A DNA stretch of 64,000 nucleotides, taken from the NCBI GenBank assembly GCA_964291235.2, contig OZ219816.1, positions 1,664,001 through 1,728,000 on the forward strand, written 5' to 3'. A program made the translations under genes and the position numbers. This document shows positions 50,379-61,390 of this stretch, one piece after another. The stretch is from Vicinamibacteria bacterium. GTDB lineage: Bacteria; Acidobacteriota; Vicinamibacteria; Marinacidobacterales; Marinacidobacteraceae. The first letter of the stretch is position 1, and each line of letters opens with the position of its first letter. The notes beneath the pieces were generated by a model, which did no database searches, was not told the DNA's origin, and saw only the letters and a list, made by a program, of their open reading frames with translations.

Positions 50379-52766
50379 TCAGCGGGGGCTCCACTCCAGG
50401 TTGACCCGCGCCACCCGGCCCAGCGGCCGGAAGCCGCCGCTCTGGTAGGCGGCGTCGTCCAGCGCGTCCTGCACGAGCGCCCGGACCCTCAGCTCGCGCG
50501 CGACCTCGAACGAAAGCGCCACATCGAGACGGCGCATCCCGGAAAACCGGAACACCCGGGAGGCGAAGGTGTCCCGGTCGAAGAGCGGCGCGTAGATCTC
50601 GGAGGAGAGCAGCAGGTCGGCGCTCCAGCGGAGCTTTTCCGAGAAGGCGCCGGACAGGAGAGCGCCTCCCTGGTGCCGCGGGACCAGCCAGTCGGATTCG
50701 AGTTCGCCGGGAGCGTTCGCCGGCGGATCGGCGTCCGTGTAGGTGTAGTGCAGGTGCGCCCGGGTGCGGCCCGGGAGGGTCAGCCGGTACGCGGCCTCGA
50801 AACCCTTCGCGTTGCCGCCCTCGGTGTTTTCGTAGCCGGCAAAGCGGCCGAAGGGATCCGAGGCAAAGTCGAGCGTCCCGAAGGCGATGATCCGGCTCCG
50901 CGCCGACCAGAAGAAGGCTCCCCGGGCTTCCTGGCCGCCGTCCGCGGAGACGGCCGAGAATCCGCCGTCCAGGGTGGTGGTGAACTCGGGAGCCAGCCGG
51001 GGGTCGCCGAACACCGAGTACCCGAAGCTCGAATACCAGGTCCCGAACCGCTCGTAGAGCGACGGAGCGCGGAAACCGCGCCCGGCGGAGGCGCGCAGAC
51101 GGACTCCCGGGGTCAGCGCGACCGATCCCGATGTCTCCCCGGTGATGGCTCCGGCCTCGGGCGGAGGAGCCGTGTCTCTCCAGGGGCTTCCTTCGACGGG
51201 GGTCAGTTCGGGCGCCCGGGTGGTGAAACGCTGGGCCCGGAGCGCGCCCCGCCAGCGAGCCCGGCCGTCCGTGGTTCCCGACTCCGCCTGCACGAAGCCG
51301 GCGACGCTGGTCTGGCGGAGCCGGGTCTCGAACCCGGGATCGGTCGTCGCCGCCCGCTCCGCTTCGAACTCGCCGCCCGCGAGCAGGCGAGTCCGCCCCC
51401 CCGTGACCTCGACGCGGGCCGCCCCGCTCCGGACCCAGCCCTCGTAGGTCAGACTCGAGAGAGACGGCGGGTCGAACGGATTGACGCCCGCCGGTCCGTC
51501 CTCGTTCTCGCGGCGGGTCCGGAGGTCGTGCAACCGCACTGTCCACGTCAGGTAGGGCCCGGCCGCGCCGGTAGCCGACAGCAAGGTGGAGAGGAACCGC
51601 GTTTCCTGGGTGTTGTCCGGGTCGTTGATGGACGGCATGAAGGTTCCCCCGCCAAGGTCCAGTTGGTCGAGGGAGGTTCCGGTTTCGAAGCCGCTGATGG
51701 CCGCGTGGGGCACCGCTTCAGCGTCCGCAACGCCGGGGACCACCGGGCCCAGCGGAAAAGGACTCTCGTTCAGGCCCACGGTCGCCAGCGAAAACAGCGA
51801 CCGCGCCGTCACCCGCATGGATTCGGTCGGCCGAAATCCGGCCCGCGCCACCGCGGTGTGGTTCGTGAAGGGATCGTCGCCGTCCGCTCCCTCGCTGACC
51901 GCCAGCCGGCTGAAACCGCCCGAGACCCCGCCGCGCGAACCTCCGCTCCCCCATTCACCACTGGCCGCGGAGTGACCCCGCTCGCCAAGCCCCGCCGCGA
52001 GTCGAATCAGGTCGGGCGCGGTTTCCGATCGCGTGACGATGTGCAACACACCGCCCATGCCGTTCGAACCGTAGATCGTCGAACCGCCGCCGCGCCGGAT
52101 CTCCACCCGGTCCACTCCGAGCAGCGAGAGCGAGGGCAGCAGCGAGGTGGCATCCGACTGCGGCGCCGCCGCATCGCGAAGCGGCACGCCGTCCACCGCA
52201 ACGACGGTCGCCGCCGAGGGGAGGCCGCGAAACCGCAGTCCCAGCTGGTGCCCCTGGCTGCCGGTCTGGTGCACGAGTACTCCCGGCACCCCGCGCAGCC
52301 CCTCGAGCAGGAACCATTCATCGCGTTCCCGGAGCGATTCACCGGAGCGAACGTCCACGAAGGTTCCCGACTCGTCCTCCCGCCGCGCCCCGAGCGCCGC
52401 GGACACCACCACGGACTCCCGGACCGCCGCGAAACGGAGCGACAGTTCCAGCGCCTCGGAGGTTCCGTCGCGCAGCGTGACTTCCACGGGAGAGGCGGAC
52501 AGGTCGGCCGAATGCGCGGAGACGAGGTAGCGGCCGTCCCGGAGCCCCGCGATCATGACCCGCCCGTCGTCTCCGGCGAGTCCCGAGACCCGGCTCCCGC
52601 CGGCAAGCGCCTCGGCGACGACCAGCGCCCCCGGCGCCGGCTGCCCGTCCTGGTCTATGACCGCGACCTGGATCCCTTCACCGCCGAACGCGACGGAGGC
52701 GAGCGTGAGTAAGGCGGCGATTGCCAAAGATCGCCCAATCGGACGAAGATGAGTGAGAAAACGCAT
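50379..52766 (-). CDS. btuB: TonB-dependent receptor, likely a cobalamin importer
   Basis: Signal peptide + carboxypeptidase-like domain; ESVVVSA, LRGVPGV, RVEIRRGGGSTIYGSNGMGGV, GFRAPSLYE; upstream B12 riboswitch. Confidence 0.85.
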   Translation of the reverse strand: MRFLTHLRPIGRSLAIAALLTLASVAFGGEGIQVAVIDQDGQPAPGALVVAEALAGGSRVSGLAGDDGRVMIAGLRDGRYLVSAHSADLSASPVEVTLRDGTSEALELSLRFAAVRESVVVSAALGARREDESGTFVDVRSGESLRERDEWFLLEGLRGVPGVLVHQTGSQGHQLGLRFRGLPSAATVVAVDGVPLRDAAAPQSDATSLLPSLSLLGVDRVEIRRGGGSTIYGSNGMGGVLHIVTRSETAPDLIRLAAGLGERGHSAASGEWGSGGSRGGVSGGFSRLAVSEGADGDDPFTNHTAVARAGFRPTESMRVTARSLFSLATVGLNESPFPLGPVVPGVADAEAVPHAAISGFETGTSLDQLDLGGGTFMPSINDPDNTQETRFLSTLLSATGAAGPYLTWTVRLHDLRTRRENEDGPAGVNPFDPPSLSSLTYEGWVRSGAARVEVTGGRTRLLAGGEFEAERAATTDPGFETRLRQTSVAGFVQAESGTTDGRARWRGALRAQRFTTRAPELTPVEGSPWRDTAPPPEAGAITGETSGSVALTPGVRLRASAGRGFRAPSLYERFGTWYSSFGYSVFGDPRLAPEFTTTLDGGFSAVSADGGQEARGAFFWSARSRIIAFGTLDFASDPFGRFAGYENTEGGNAKGFEAAYRLTLPGRTRAHLHYTYTDADPPANAPGELESDWLVPRHQGGALLSGAFSEKLRWSADLLLSSEIYAPLFDRDTFASRVFRFSGMRRLDVALSFEVARELRVRALVQDALDDAAYQSGGFRPLGRVARVNLEWSPR

Positions 52767-52927
52767 GGGCCGGCCCTCCTGGAGGTTCGGGAAGCGCTCC
52801 TCGGGGGCCGACAACGGTGCTGGACGCCGCCGGCCGCAACTCGCCCCGAACTCGGGAGTCGATTTGGCGGCGGGTGAGTCTCAAGAACCAGTCCCTTCCC
52901 AGCGAAGAGGTTTTTCGAGGTTCGGGC

Positions 52928-53155
52928 TCCGGGCAGGTCTCCTGACTTACGGACGGACGCTTCGAGCCTGGTGGCGGGAGGCGTCCACCCTTCCCACCTT
53001 CCCCCCGGCGGTTGCCGGGAGTGGCCGCGGTCCGTCGTAAACGTTGGGACCGCCCGGGTCGGGCATTCCGATCACAGTGGCGTGGGCCGTCCGGGAATGG
53101 CACCCGGTTCCCTCTTCGTCCGACCGGGCGGCGAACCGCCCAACCGAAAACCTGA
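52928..53155 (-). ncRNA. Cobalamin riboswitch
   Basis: Minus strand GGGAACCGGGTGCCATTCCCGGACGGCCCACGCCACTGTGA...GGGAAGG...AAGTCAGGAGACCTGCC (B12 box). Confidence 0.9.
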
Positions 53156-53207
53156 AGCCGCGCGTTGGAAGCCGGCGACCATATCAGCCTGTGCCCTGCC
53201 GGAAGGT

Positions 53208-54402
53208 ATGTTTTGCGCGGCCGTGCTCCCGCCCCCCCGAAAACTCTCGCTGACCGACCTGGATCTGCGTGGCCGCCAGCTCCTCCTGCGGGCCGACCTG
53301 AACGCGCCGCTGGCCGGCGGGAGGGTAGCGGACGACAGCCGTCTCCGGGCGTCCCTGCCCGCCCTGCAGGCGGCCCGCCACCGGGGCGCGTCGGTGGTCG
53401 TGACCTCACACCTCGGCCGGCCCCGCGGAAAACCCGACCCCGCCTTCAGTCTCCGGCCGGTCGCCGCCCGGCTTCGGGAACTGTTGGAGGCGCCGGTGCG
53501 CTTTCAGGCGACGCCGGTGGGTTACGGAGAACCGCCGCCCCGCCTCGTGCCCGGTGAAGTCCTCCTCCTCGAGAATCTCCGCTTCCACCCGGGCGAAACC
53601 GGGAACGCACCCGAATTCGCGGCGGCGCTCGCCGCCTGCGGGGACGAGTACGTGAACGACGCGTTCGGGGCCGCCCATCGCGCCCACGCCTCGGTGGACA
53701 CCTGCGCGCGGCGCTTCCCGCGCGCCGCCGCGGGCCCCCTCATGGAAGCGGAGCTCGGCGCGCTCGGTCTGGCCCTCGACTCTCCCCCCCGCCCCTTCGT
53801 GGCGATCCTCGGCGGCGCCAAGGTTTCCGACAAGCTCCCGGTCATCCTCTCACTGCTTCGCGAGGCCGACCGCGTCCTGATCGGGGGGGCGATGGCGTAC
53901 ACCTTCCTGGCCGCCCAGGGACTTCCGACCGGCCGCTCGCTCGTGGAACCCGACCGGACCGCCGAGGCCGAAAGGCTGCTCCGCGAGCATACCGACCGCC
54001 TGGTGCTCCCCACCGATCACCTGACGGCGCCGTCCCCGGACCGAAGTCCCGTTCGCGAGGGCCCGATCGGTGAGGTCCAGGCCGACTGGATGGGGCTCGA
54101 TATCGGTCCTGTCTCGCGCACCACCTTCGCCGCCGCGATCGCCGGGGCGGCGACCATCGTCTGGAACGGACCCATGGGGCTCTTCGAGAACCCGCGCTTC
54201 GCGGAGGGGACGAAAGCGGTGGCGGTGGCGGTCGCCGAGGCCACCCGCAAGGGCGCGACGAGTATCGTGGGCGGCGGAGATTCGCTGGCCGCGGTACGGC
54301 GCGCCGGAGTCGCGGACCGCATCAGCCACCTTTCGACCGGCGGGGGCGCTTCGCTCGCCTTTCTCGCCGGGCGACCGCTTCCGGGGGTGGAGGCCCTCAC
54401 CA

Positions 54403-54410
<8 letters not shown>
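53208..54410 (+). CDS. pgk: Phosphoglycerate kinase
   Basis: RADLNAP, SHLGRP, LLENLRF, GGAKVSDK, WNGPMG, STGGGASL. Confidence 0.96.
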
Positions 54411-55173
<763 letters not shown>

Positions 55174-55267
55174 CGCCGGCTGACCGGCGGACGAGGCGTC
55201 AGGGCCGTCGCGCCTCCCGGAAACTTCTCCCGATCAGCGCCTTGCCCCGAACCGGAATTCCAACGCC

Positions 55268-55681
55268 ATGACCATTCTCCTCACTATCGTCCACATCCTC
55301 ATCTGCCTGTTCCTCATCCTCGTGGTGCTGACCCAGCAGGGCAAGGGCCAGGATCTCGCCAGCGCCTTCGGCGGCGCGGGCAGCCAGGCAGCCTTCGGGG
55401 CGCGGGGCACCGCGACCCTGCTGACCAAGGTGACGGCGGTGGTCGCCGGCACCTTCATGGTCACCTCGCTGCTCCTCGGGTACGTGCAGGACGATCCGGA
55501 GTCCCAGACGGTGGTGACCGCACCGGGCGTCGCGATCCCGGTTCCGGACGCTGCGACTCCGGCGGCGGACGAGATGGCGCCGGCCGACTCCGAAGCCGCG
55601 GAAGAGCCCGAGAATCCCGACGGTTCCGAATCCGGCGAAGGAACCGGCGAGCCCGAACCCGAGGGGCCGGCGGGCTTCTGA
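55268..55681 (+). CDS. secG: Preprotein translocase subunit SecG
   Basis: VVLTQQGKGQDLASAFGG...FGARG; two TM segments; tpiA-secG-tRNA-Leu synteny. Confidence 0.93.
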   Translation: MTILLTIVHILICLFLILVVLTQQGKGQDLASAFGGAGSQAAFGARGTATLLTKVTAVVAGTFMVTSLLLGYVQDDPESQTVVTAPGVAIPVPDAATPAADEMAPADSEAAEEPENPDGSESGEGTGEPEPEGPAGF

Positions 55682-55758
55682 TTCCGACGGGGCCCGTCCC
55701 GGAGCCGGCCCCTATAATTCCGCGTCCGGCAGTTGCAGATCTGCCGGTCCTCACCGCT

Positions 55759-55844
55759 GCCGAAGTGGTGGAATGGTAGACACGTGCGCTTGAGGGGCGT
55801 ATGGGAGTTATCCCGTGGGGGTTCGAGTCCCCCCTTCGGCACCA
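55759..55844 (+). tRNA. tRNA-Leu(GAG)
   Basis: GCCGAAGTGGTGGAATGGTAGAC...TTGAGGG, long variable arm, GGTTCGAGTCC...ACCA. Confidence 0.96.
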
Positions 55845-55849
55845 GGTCG

Positions 55850-56052
55850 GGCGGCGTGGAGACGGGGCGCACGCGGAGCGCGAGAAAGACGGAGTCGAAG
55901 GCGCGATGTGAGTGCGCCCCGTCTCCACGCCGCTCGGCGCTGCGCGCCGAGAACCGGAACTTCCTCGCGCGCTCCCGCGCGCTTCGGCAAGTCCCGGTTC
56001 CTGGTTTCTTCTTGTGAAAGGGGGAGCGCCCCCTTTCACACTTTCCCCCCGG
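55850..56052 (+). repeat. Diverged family C multi-hairpin element
   Basis: Same four-hairpin layout as 8438-8651; ends TGTGAAAGGGGG..CCCCCTTTCACACTTTCCCCCCGG. Confidence 0.7.
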
Positions 56053-56148
56053 AACTCGTAAGCACCGAACCAGAGGTTCGGTCCCATCTTGTTTTGTGTG
56101 CATTCGCAGCGCGTTTCGCTGCTCAGCCGCACACCTCACGCCGGCACG

Positions 56149-56728
56149 GGAGTCCCCACCAGGAGAACTGAGCCGGCCTCTCGGCCGGGACCGCAAGGGA
56201 ACGCCGATCTCCAGATCGGCACAGCCCCGCCGGAGGCGGGGCGGCGGGACGGACCCTCCCAAGCACAGACGGCGGGCGACCGCAACGGAGCCCCACCGGG
56301 AAAACTGGGCCGGCCTCTCGGCCGGGACCGCAAGGGAACGCCGATCTCCAGATCGGCACAGCCCCGCCGGAGGCGGGGCGGCGGGACGGACCCTCCCAAG
56401 CACAGACGGCGGGCGACCGCAACGGAGTCCCCACCAGGAGAACTGAGCCGGCCTCTCCCGGGACGCAAGGGAACGCCGATCTCCAGATCGGCACAGCCCC
56501 GCCGGAGGCGGGGCGGCGGGACGGACCCTCCCAAGCACAGACGGCGGGCGACCGCAACGGAGTCCCCACCAGGAGAACTGAGCCGGCCTCTCGGCCGGGA
56601 CCGCAAGGGAACGTCGATCTCCAGATCGGCACAGCCCCGCCGGAGGCGGGGCGACGGGACGGACCCTCCCAAGCACAGACGGCGGGCGACCGCAACGGAG
56701 CCCCCACCGGGAAAACTGGGCCGGCCTT
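56149..56728 (+). repeat. Tandem array of ~4.2 copies of a ~138 bp unit containing family B hairpins
   Basis: Units start at 56149, 56287, 56424, 56559 and 56697; near-identical, no unique spacers. Confidence 0.92.
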
Positions 56729-56808
56729 CAAACCAGTACAGCCCGACGGAACGGACGCCGGCCGCGCTCGTTACAACGTCTGCGGGATGGTTCGGGGTGA
56801 GGGGCCCA

Positions 56809-57876
56809 ATGCGCGCGATCCTGCTTGCCGGCCTGCTGGCCGCCGCGACCTTGGGAATGGGATGGGGGTGCTCTTCCTCCCCGGCGCGGCATCCTCCCCG
56901 TCCCGGCGATCCGAGTTCTCCGGAGGCCGCCTGCCGCGTCGGCTATACGACCAGCACCTACCTGTTCCGGTTGATGCTGGATCAGTGTGGCGAAGAGCGG
57001 GTGAACATCGTCGCCATCGGCGACTCCTGGTTTTCCTTCGCCGACGGGAACCTGCTGGTCTCCCTACGGCTGGCAATGGATCGTTCGCGGGCGCGGCCCG
57101 TCACCAACCTCCTGAACCTGGCCCGGCCGGGCAATGATGCGAACACGGCGGTGTCCGGCGTGATCAAGAGGGACTTCGCGGATGTGTTGCGATATCGGGA
57201 CTACGAGATCCGCTTTCTCCTGATCTCCGGGGGCGGAAATGACGTCCTGGGCCGCAACGACCTGGACCGGCTCCTGCGGAACGCGCTGCCGACGGCGAAC
57301 CCGTCCGCGCCCGCGACCTACTTCGACCAGCCGACCCTTGACCGGAAGCTGGAAGGCATCAGGGTGGCCTACGAGGAGATCCTGGACATGCGGGAGACCT
57401 GGGCGCCGGAGGCGATCGTGGTCACCCACACGTACGCGCGAGTCAAGCCGAGCGGCAGGCCCGCCAGCCTGGAGATTGCCTCCTTCGATGTGGAAGTGGA
57501 CGGTCCCTGGATCGCCCCGTTTCTGGAAGAAAAGGGGATCGTGGACGAGCGGATTCAGCAGGACGTGATGGATTAGCTGCTGGAACAGGTCAACGGGACC
57601 ATTCGAAACACCCTGTCGTCCCACCGCGGCGGACGTGCTCCCATCGTCATCGTGGACACGCGCAACGTCAGTCCACCGCTCGAGCCCGGCAACACGGAGC
57701 ACTGGCAGGACGAGATCCACCCAACGCCGATGGGCTTCGACATCCTCGGACAACAAGTCATCCGCTGCATGCAGCTCGTTTCCCCATATTTCCTGAGGGA
57801 TTTCCGGCCGCACCACGGGGATCCGCGGTTGTGCCTCGAGATCCGGCCGGATGCCCTCCCGGCCCCGCGCGGGTAG
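56809..57876 (+). pseudogene. SGNH/GDSL hydrolase lipoprotein with in-frame TAG at 57574-57576
   Basis: IGDSW, SGGGND, THTY before the stop; catalytic DEIHP in the same frame after it. Confidence 0.8.
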
Positions 57877-58546
57877 TCGAGCGATCTCGAGGAGCGCCGG
57901 CCAAGAGCGCCGCTCGCAGCAGGTGGTGCGGGGTGCCGTCGGCGTCCTCGACCCGGTCGAGCGTCAATCCGCCGAACCCGAGTTCAGTAACCCACTCCCG
58001 GACCTCCGGACTCCCGGCGTCCACCGGCGCGTCTTCGCCCGCTTCCCGATGGAACCGGGTGTGCTGGTGATCCTCGGGAAAATCCTCATCCACCAGCACC
58101 AGTCGGCCTCCGGGAGCGAGCACCCGGCGCACCTCGGCGAGGCCCCGCCGCGGATCCTCCCAGTGATGGAAGGCGTTGATCGAGATCACCAGGGTCGCCC
58201 AACCGTCCGGGACCGGTAGCCGCTCCGCGGCGCCGCGGCGCACCCTGACCGCGCCGCGCCGCCCGAGCGCGCGCAGCGCCGTGGCCGCCCGGAAGGGCCA
58301 GGCCGGATCCACCCCGACGACCTGCACTCCCGGCGTGCTGGCGGCGGCGAGCGCCACCGATTCGCCCGGCCCGCAGCCGATGTCCACCACCCGGTCTCCG
58401 GAGCGGACCTCGGCCCGCTCGATCACCATCCGGTTCCTGGGCTCCCGGTAGTGCCGGATCACGTAGCCGATCGCGGCCGTGGTCCGAAACCCCTTCCACC
58501 AGGGGCGTTTCGCACCATGGCCGTGGTGATGGCGGTGGTGCGGCAC
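57758..58546 (-). CDS. Class I SAM-dependent methyltransferase (UbiE-like fold) with His-rich N-terminus
   Basis: VVDIGCGPG, GVDP, AERLP, AFHHW, RVLAPGG. Confidence 0.85.
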   Translation of the reverse strand: MPHHRHHHGHGAKRPWWKGFRTTAAIGYVIRHYREPRNRMVIERAEVRSGDRVVDIGCGPGESVALAAASTPGVQVVGVDPAWPFRAATALRALGRRGAVRVRRGAAERLPVPDGWATLVISINAFHHWEDPRRGLAEVRRVLAPGGRLVLVDEDFPEDHQHTRFHREAGEDAPVDAGSPEVREWVTELGFGGLTLDRVEDADGTPHHLLRAALLAGAPRDRSTTRAGPGGHPAGSRGTTADPRGAAGNPSGNMGKRAACSG

Positions 58547-58603
58547 GACAGAAAACCGTACCAGCGACGGTGAATTTGGTCGCGGGCGCCGAGCCTGCGT
58601 CGT

Positions 58604-59437
58604 TTATTCCGGGCTGTCGAGAACCCCGTGGCGGGCGACCCGCCAGACCTTGGCTTCGTCCGCGGTCGTCACCCGCTCCACGGCGCTCTCCTTGTGCTCG
58701 TAGTCGGCGTCGAACTCGAACACGACGTAGTCGCCCGGAGGGGCGCCCGGTAGCGTGATCGTGGGTGTCGCGCTCCGGAAGGCGCGAGAACGCACGGTTC
58801 CGAGCAGTGAACGCGCCTCCTGGTACGCCGCCACGAACTCGTCCCGCGTCACGTTCTCCTTGAGAAGGCTCGATGCCATGTCATATGCCTCCGCGTAGTT
58901 CCCGGCGTCGATCAGCGAGAGCCACTCATCGACCGTCACCCGCGCGCCGGCGGTGTCCGACTGCATGCCGCCTTCCGGTTCCGGGGGATCGAGAACCCAG
59001 TGGCCGGCGACCCGGCTGACCCCGGCTTCCCGCGCGGTCGTAACGCGCTCCACGGCATTCTCCTTCCGCTCATAGTCGGCGTCGAACTCGAACACGACGT
59101 AGTCGCCGCGAGCGGCGCCCGGCAGCGTAGTGGCGGGCATTGCGCTCCGGAAGACGCGAGAACGCACGGTTCCGAGCACCGAACGTGCCTCCTGGTACGT
59201 GCTCACAAACTCGTCCCGCGTCACGTTCTCCTTGAGAATGTCCGATGCCGTGTCATACGCCTCCGCGTAGTTCCCGGCATCGATCAGCGAAAACCACGCA
59301 TCGACCGCCTCCCGCGCGACGGCTGTGGTGTCCGGTGGCGTGTCGACAGACGGCCCGGTATCGGTTGTCGGCGCCACCGGGTTCTCGCCGCCGTCACCAC
59401 ACGCCGCGAGTCCGAAGACCGCAACGGCCATCAGCAT
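58604..59437 (-). CDS. Lipoprotein with two tandem DUF4019-like domains
   Basis: GLAAC lipobox; duplicated W.SLIDAGNYAEAY...LPGA..GDYVVFEFDADYE...AVERVT. Confidence 0.8.
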   Translation of the reverse strand: MLMAVAVFGLAACGDGGENPVAPTTDTGPSVDTPPDTTAVAREAVDAWFSLIDAGNYAEAYDTASDILKENVTRDEFVSTYQEARSVLGTVRSRVFRSAMPATTLPGAARGDYVVFEFDADYERKENAVERVTTAREAGVSRVAGHWVLDPPEPEGGMQSDTAGARVTVDEWLSLIDAGNYAEAYDMASSLLKENVTRDEFVAAYQEARSLLGTVRSRAFRSATPTITLPGAPPGDYVVFEFDADYEHKESAVERVTTADEAKVWRVARHGVLDSPE

Positions 59438-59517
59438 CGTTCGCGAGTGCGGCACGATCACAACCGTAGCAGCTGGGTACCGGTGAGCGCCCCGCAACGC
59501 TCCGGTATCTTTGCCCC

Positions 59518-60429
59518 ATGACCCAGACCGCCGCCTCCGCCACCGGGCTCGTGTACCGCGAGTCGTTCCTGCGCCACAACATCCGCCGCGGCCACCCCGA
59601 GTCGCCGACCCGACTCGTGAAGATCCGGGAGGCGCTCGAGGCCGCCGGGCTCTTCCCCACCCTGGTCCCGGTCGAGAACTGGCCGGATGCCCTGCCCTAC
59701 CTGATGGGTCACCACACCCGCGAGCACGTGGACCGGATCCGGCGCATCCCCACCACCGGCGAGATCGCCGAACTCGCCGTGGCCGGGGCGCTGGGCGCCG
59801 TGCGGGAGGTCTCCGCGGGCCGGCTCCGGAACGCTTTTTGCGCCATCCGCCCTCCCGGACACCACGCGAACAACAGCGGGGCCGAAGAGGGCTTTTGCTT
59901 CTACTCGAACGCCGCGGTCGCCGCCCGTTACGCCCAGCAGGCCTGCGGCCACCAGAAGGTGCTGATCGTGGACTGGGACTACCACCACGGAAACGCCACC
60001 CAGAACGCCTTCTACGAGGATCCCTCCGTCCTCTTCTTCTCGACCCACAACTGGTACGACTATCCGGGCACCGGAGATCCGTCGCTCGGCGGCGCCCGCG
60101 ACGGCAGTGGAACCAATCTGAACGTGCACCTCGGGCCCGGCGCCACCGACCGGGACATGCTCTCGGCCTGGGACCGGACGCTCCTTCCCGCCGTCGAGAC
60201 GTTCCGTCCCGACTTCGTGATCATCTCCGCCGGCTTCGACAGCCGGAAGGAGGATCTGCTCGGCTCTTTCGAGTGCACCGACGACGTCTTCTCGCGCATG
60301 ACCCAGACCCTCATGGACGTCGCCGACCACTACTGCGGCGGCCGGGTGGTGTCGCTGCTCGAAGGCGGCTACAACGTGGACGGACAGGCGCGCGCCGCCG
60401 CCGCGCACGTGAGCACCCTCACCGCCTGA
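59518..60429 (+). CDS. Histone deacetylase family (Zn-dependent) amidohydrolase
   Basis: HPESP, RPPGHHA, GFC, DWDYHHGNATQ, YPGTG, SAGFD, LEGGY. Confidence 0.95.
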   Translation: MTQTAASATGLVYRESFLRHNIRRGHPESPTRLVKIREALEAAGLFPTLVPVENWPDALPYLMGHHTREHVDRIRRIPTTGEIAELAVAGALGAVREVSAGRLRNAFCAIRPPGHHANNSGAEEGFCFYSNAAVAARYAQQACGHQKVLIVDWDYHHGNATQNAFYEDPSVLFFSTHNWYDYPGTGDPSLGGARDGSGTNLNVHLGPGATDRDMLSAWDRTLLPAVETFRPDFVIISAGFDSRKEDLLGSFECTDDVFSRMTQTLMDVADHYCGGRVVSLLEGGYNVDGQARAAAAHVSTLTA

Positions 60430-60462
60430 CCGCGCCCCATCCGCGCTCGCCCGGGCGCCCCG

Positions 60463-61290
60463 TCAGCGGAAATAGAGCGAGTGATCGACGGGGAAGATCT
60501 CCGCCGCCGGCCGCGCGATGGCCGAAGTCAGGCCCGAACTCCGCCGCGTGCGCCCCGCCGCATCCTGAAAGCCCGGGCCGGAGACCCGCTCGTCACAGGC
60601 GAGGCACGGATTCAGGTTCCCATGTTCGTCCGTGTTCGGCGCGCTCATCCGGTTCGTAAGCAGGTTCCAGAAGCCGTAGTACTCGATGCAGGGCGCCGCG
60701 CAATGGCGCCTGGTGTGGAGCGCGTTGTCGGCCCAGGTCTCGGCGCAGCGCTCCCCGAAGCCGATCTCTTCTATGAAACAGGCCTTCACGCTGCCGGCGG
60801 TCAGCCTCCGGGCGCAGTCCCGGGCCGGAGACGTCAGGTCCGGTTGCGCCAGGTACACCGCCAGATCGCCGAGGGAGGAACAGGTGCCGCAGTGGCGGCG
60901 ATGGGTGACCACGTAGCCGGCCGCAACAGCGCTCTCGCGGTCAGGGAAGGTCTCGAGTCGGTAGTCCACCCGCTCTGGGTTGACGAACCGGACCCCGCAT
61001 ACCTCGGTCTTCCCGGGCAGAGAGGAGAACCGGCGCGGTACCGACTCTCCCCGGTCGAAGGCGGACCCGCCGTCATCGAGGCCCAACCGCCGGTAGATCT
61101 CCTCGCCGTTCAGCAGGTTCGTCTGCCGCAGGCGCTCGACCAGGACGCCGATCCCCGGAGGGTGGGCCGGAAGCGCACGCTGGTCTGCGGGCGTCCCGGG
61201 ATCCGGATCCACCGTCGGCCCGGCCAGCCACAGCCCCAGCAGCGCCGCTCCGCCAAGCCCGAGCGCCGCGATCCCGGTCCGCTTCGACAC
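60463..61290 (-). CDS. Membrane-anchored Cys-rich hypothetical protein
   Basis: N-terminal TM; HCGTCSS, C..C, CLACDERVSGP, AGRTRRSSG. Confidence 0.7.
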   Translation of the reverse strand: MSKRTGIAALGLGGAALLGLWLAGPTVDPDPGTPADQRALPAHPPGIGVLVERLRQTNLLNGEEIYRRLGLDDGGSAFDRGESVPRRFSSLPGKTEVCGVRFVNPERVDYRLETFPDRESAVAAGYVVTHRRHCGTCSSLGDLAVYLAQPDLTSPARDCARRLTAGSVKACFIEEIGFGERCAETWADNALHTRRHCAAPCIEYYGFWNLLTNRMSAPNTDEHGNLNPCLACDERVSGPGFQDAAGRTRRSSGLTSAIARPAAEIFPVDHSLYFR

Positions 61291-61390
61291 GCTTGCAATT
61301 ACCCTTCAACTTGAAATCATGCCCGACGCGGCCACCGCGGCGCGCCGGCCCGCGTCCCGGTAACGACGTCCCGCCGAAGGAGACCTCCGC

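Noticed and set aside
56149-56728. CRISPR array
   Set aside because: Units are near-identical ~138 bp with no unique spacers, and no cas genes are nearby
56089-56808. Repetitive N-terminal extension of the SGNH ORF
   Set aside because: Open frame through the GC-rich tandem repeat; the signal peptide starts at ATG 56809
57574-57576. Pyrrolysine codon
   Set aside because: No pyl genes in the window, not a methylamine methyltransferase, non-catalytic position
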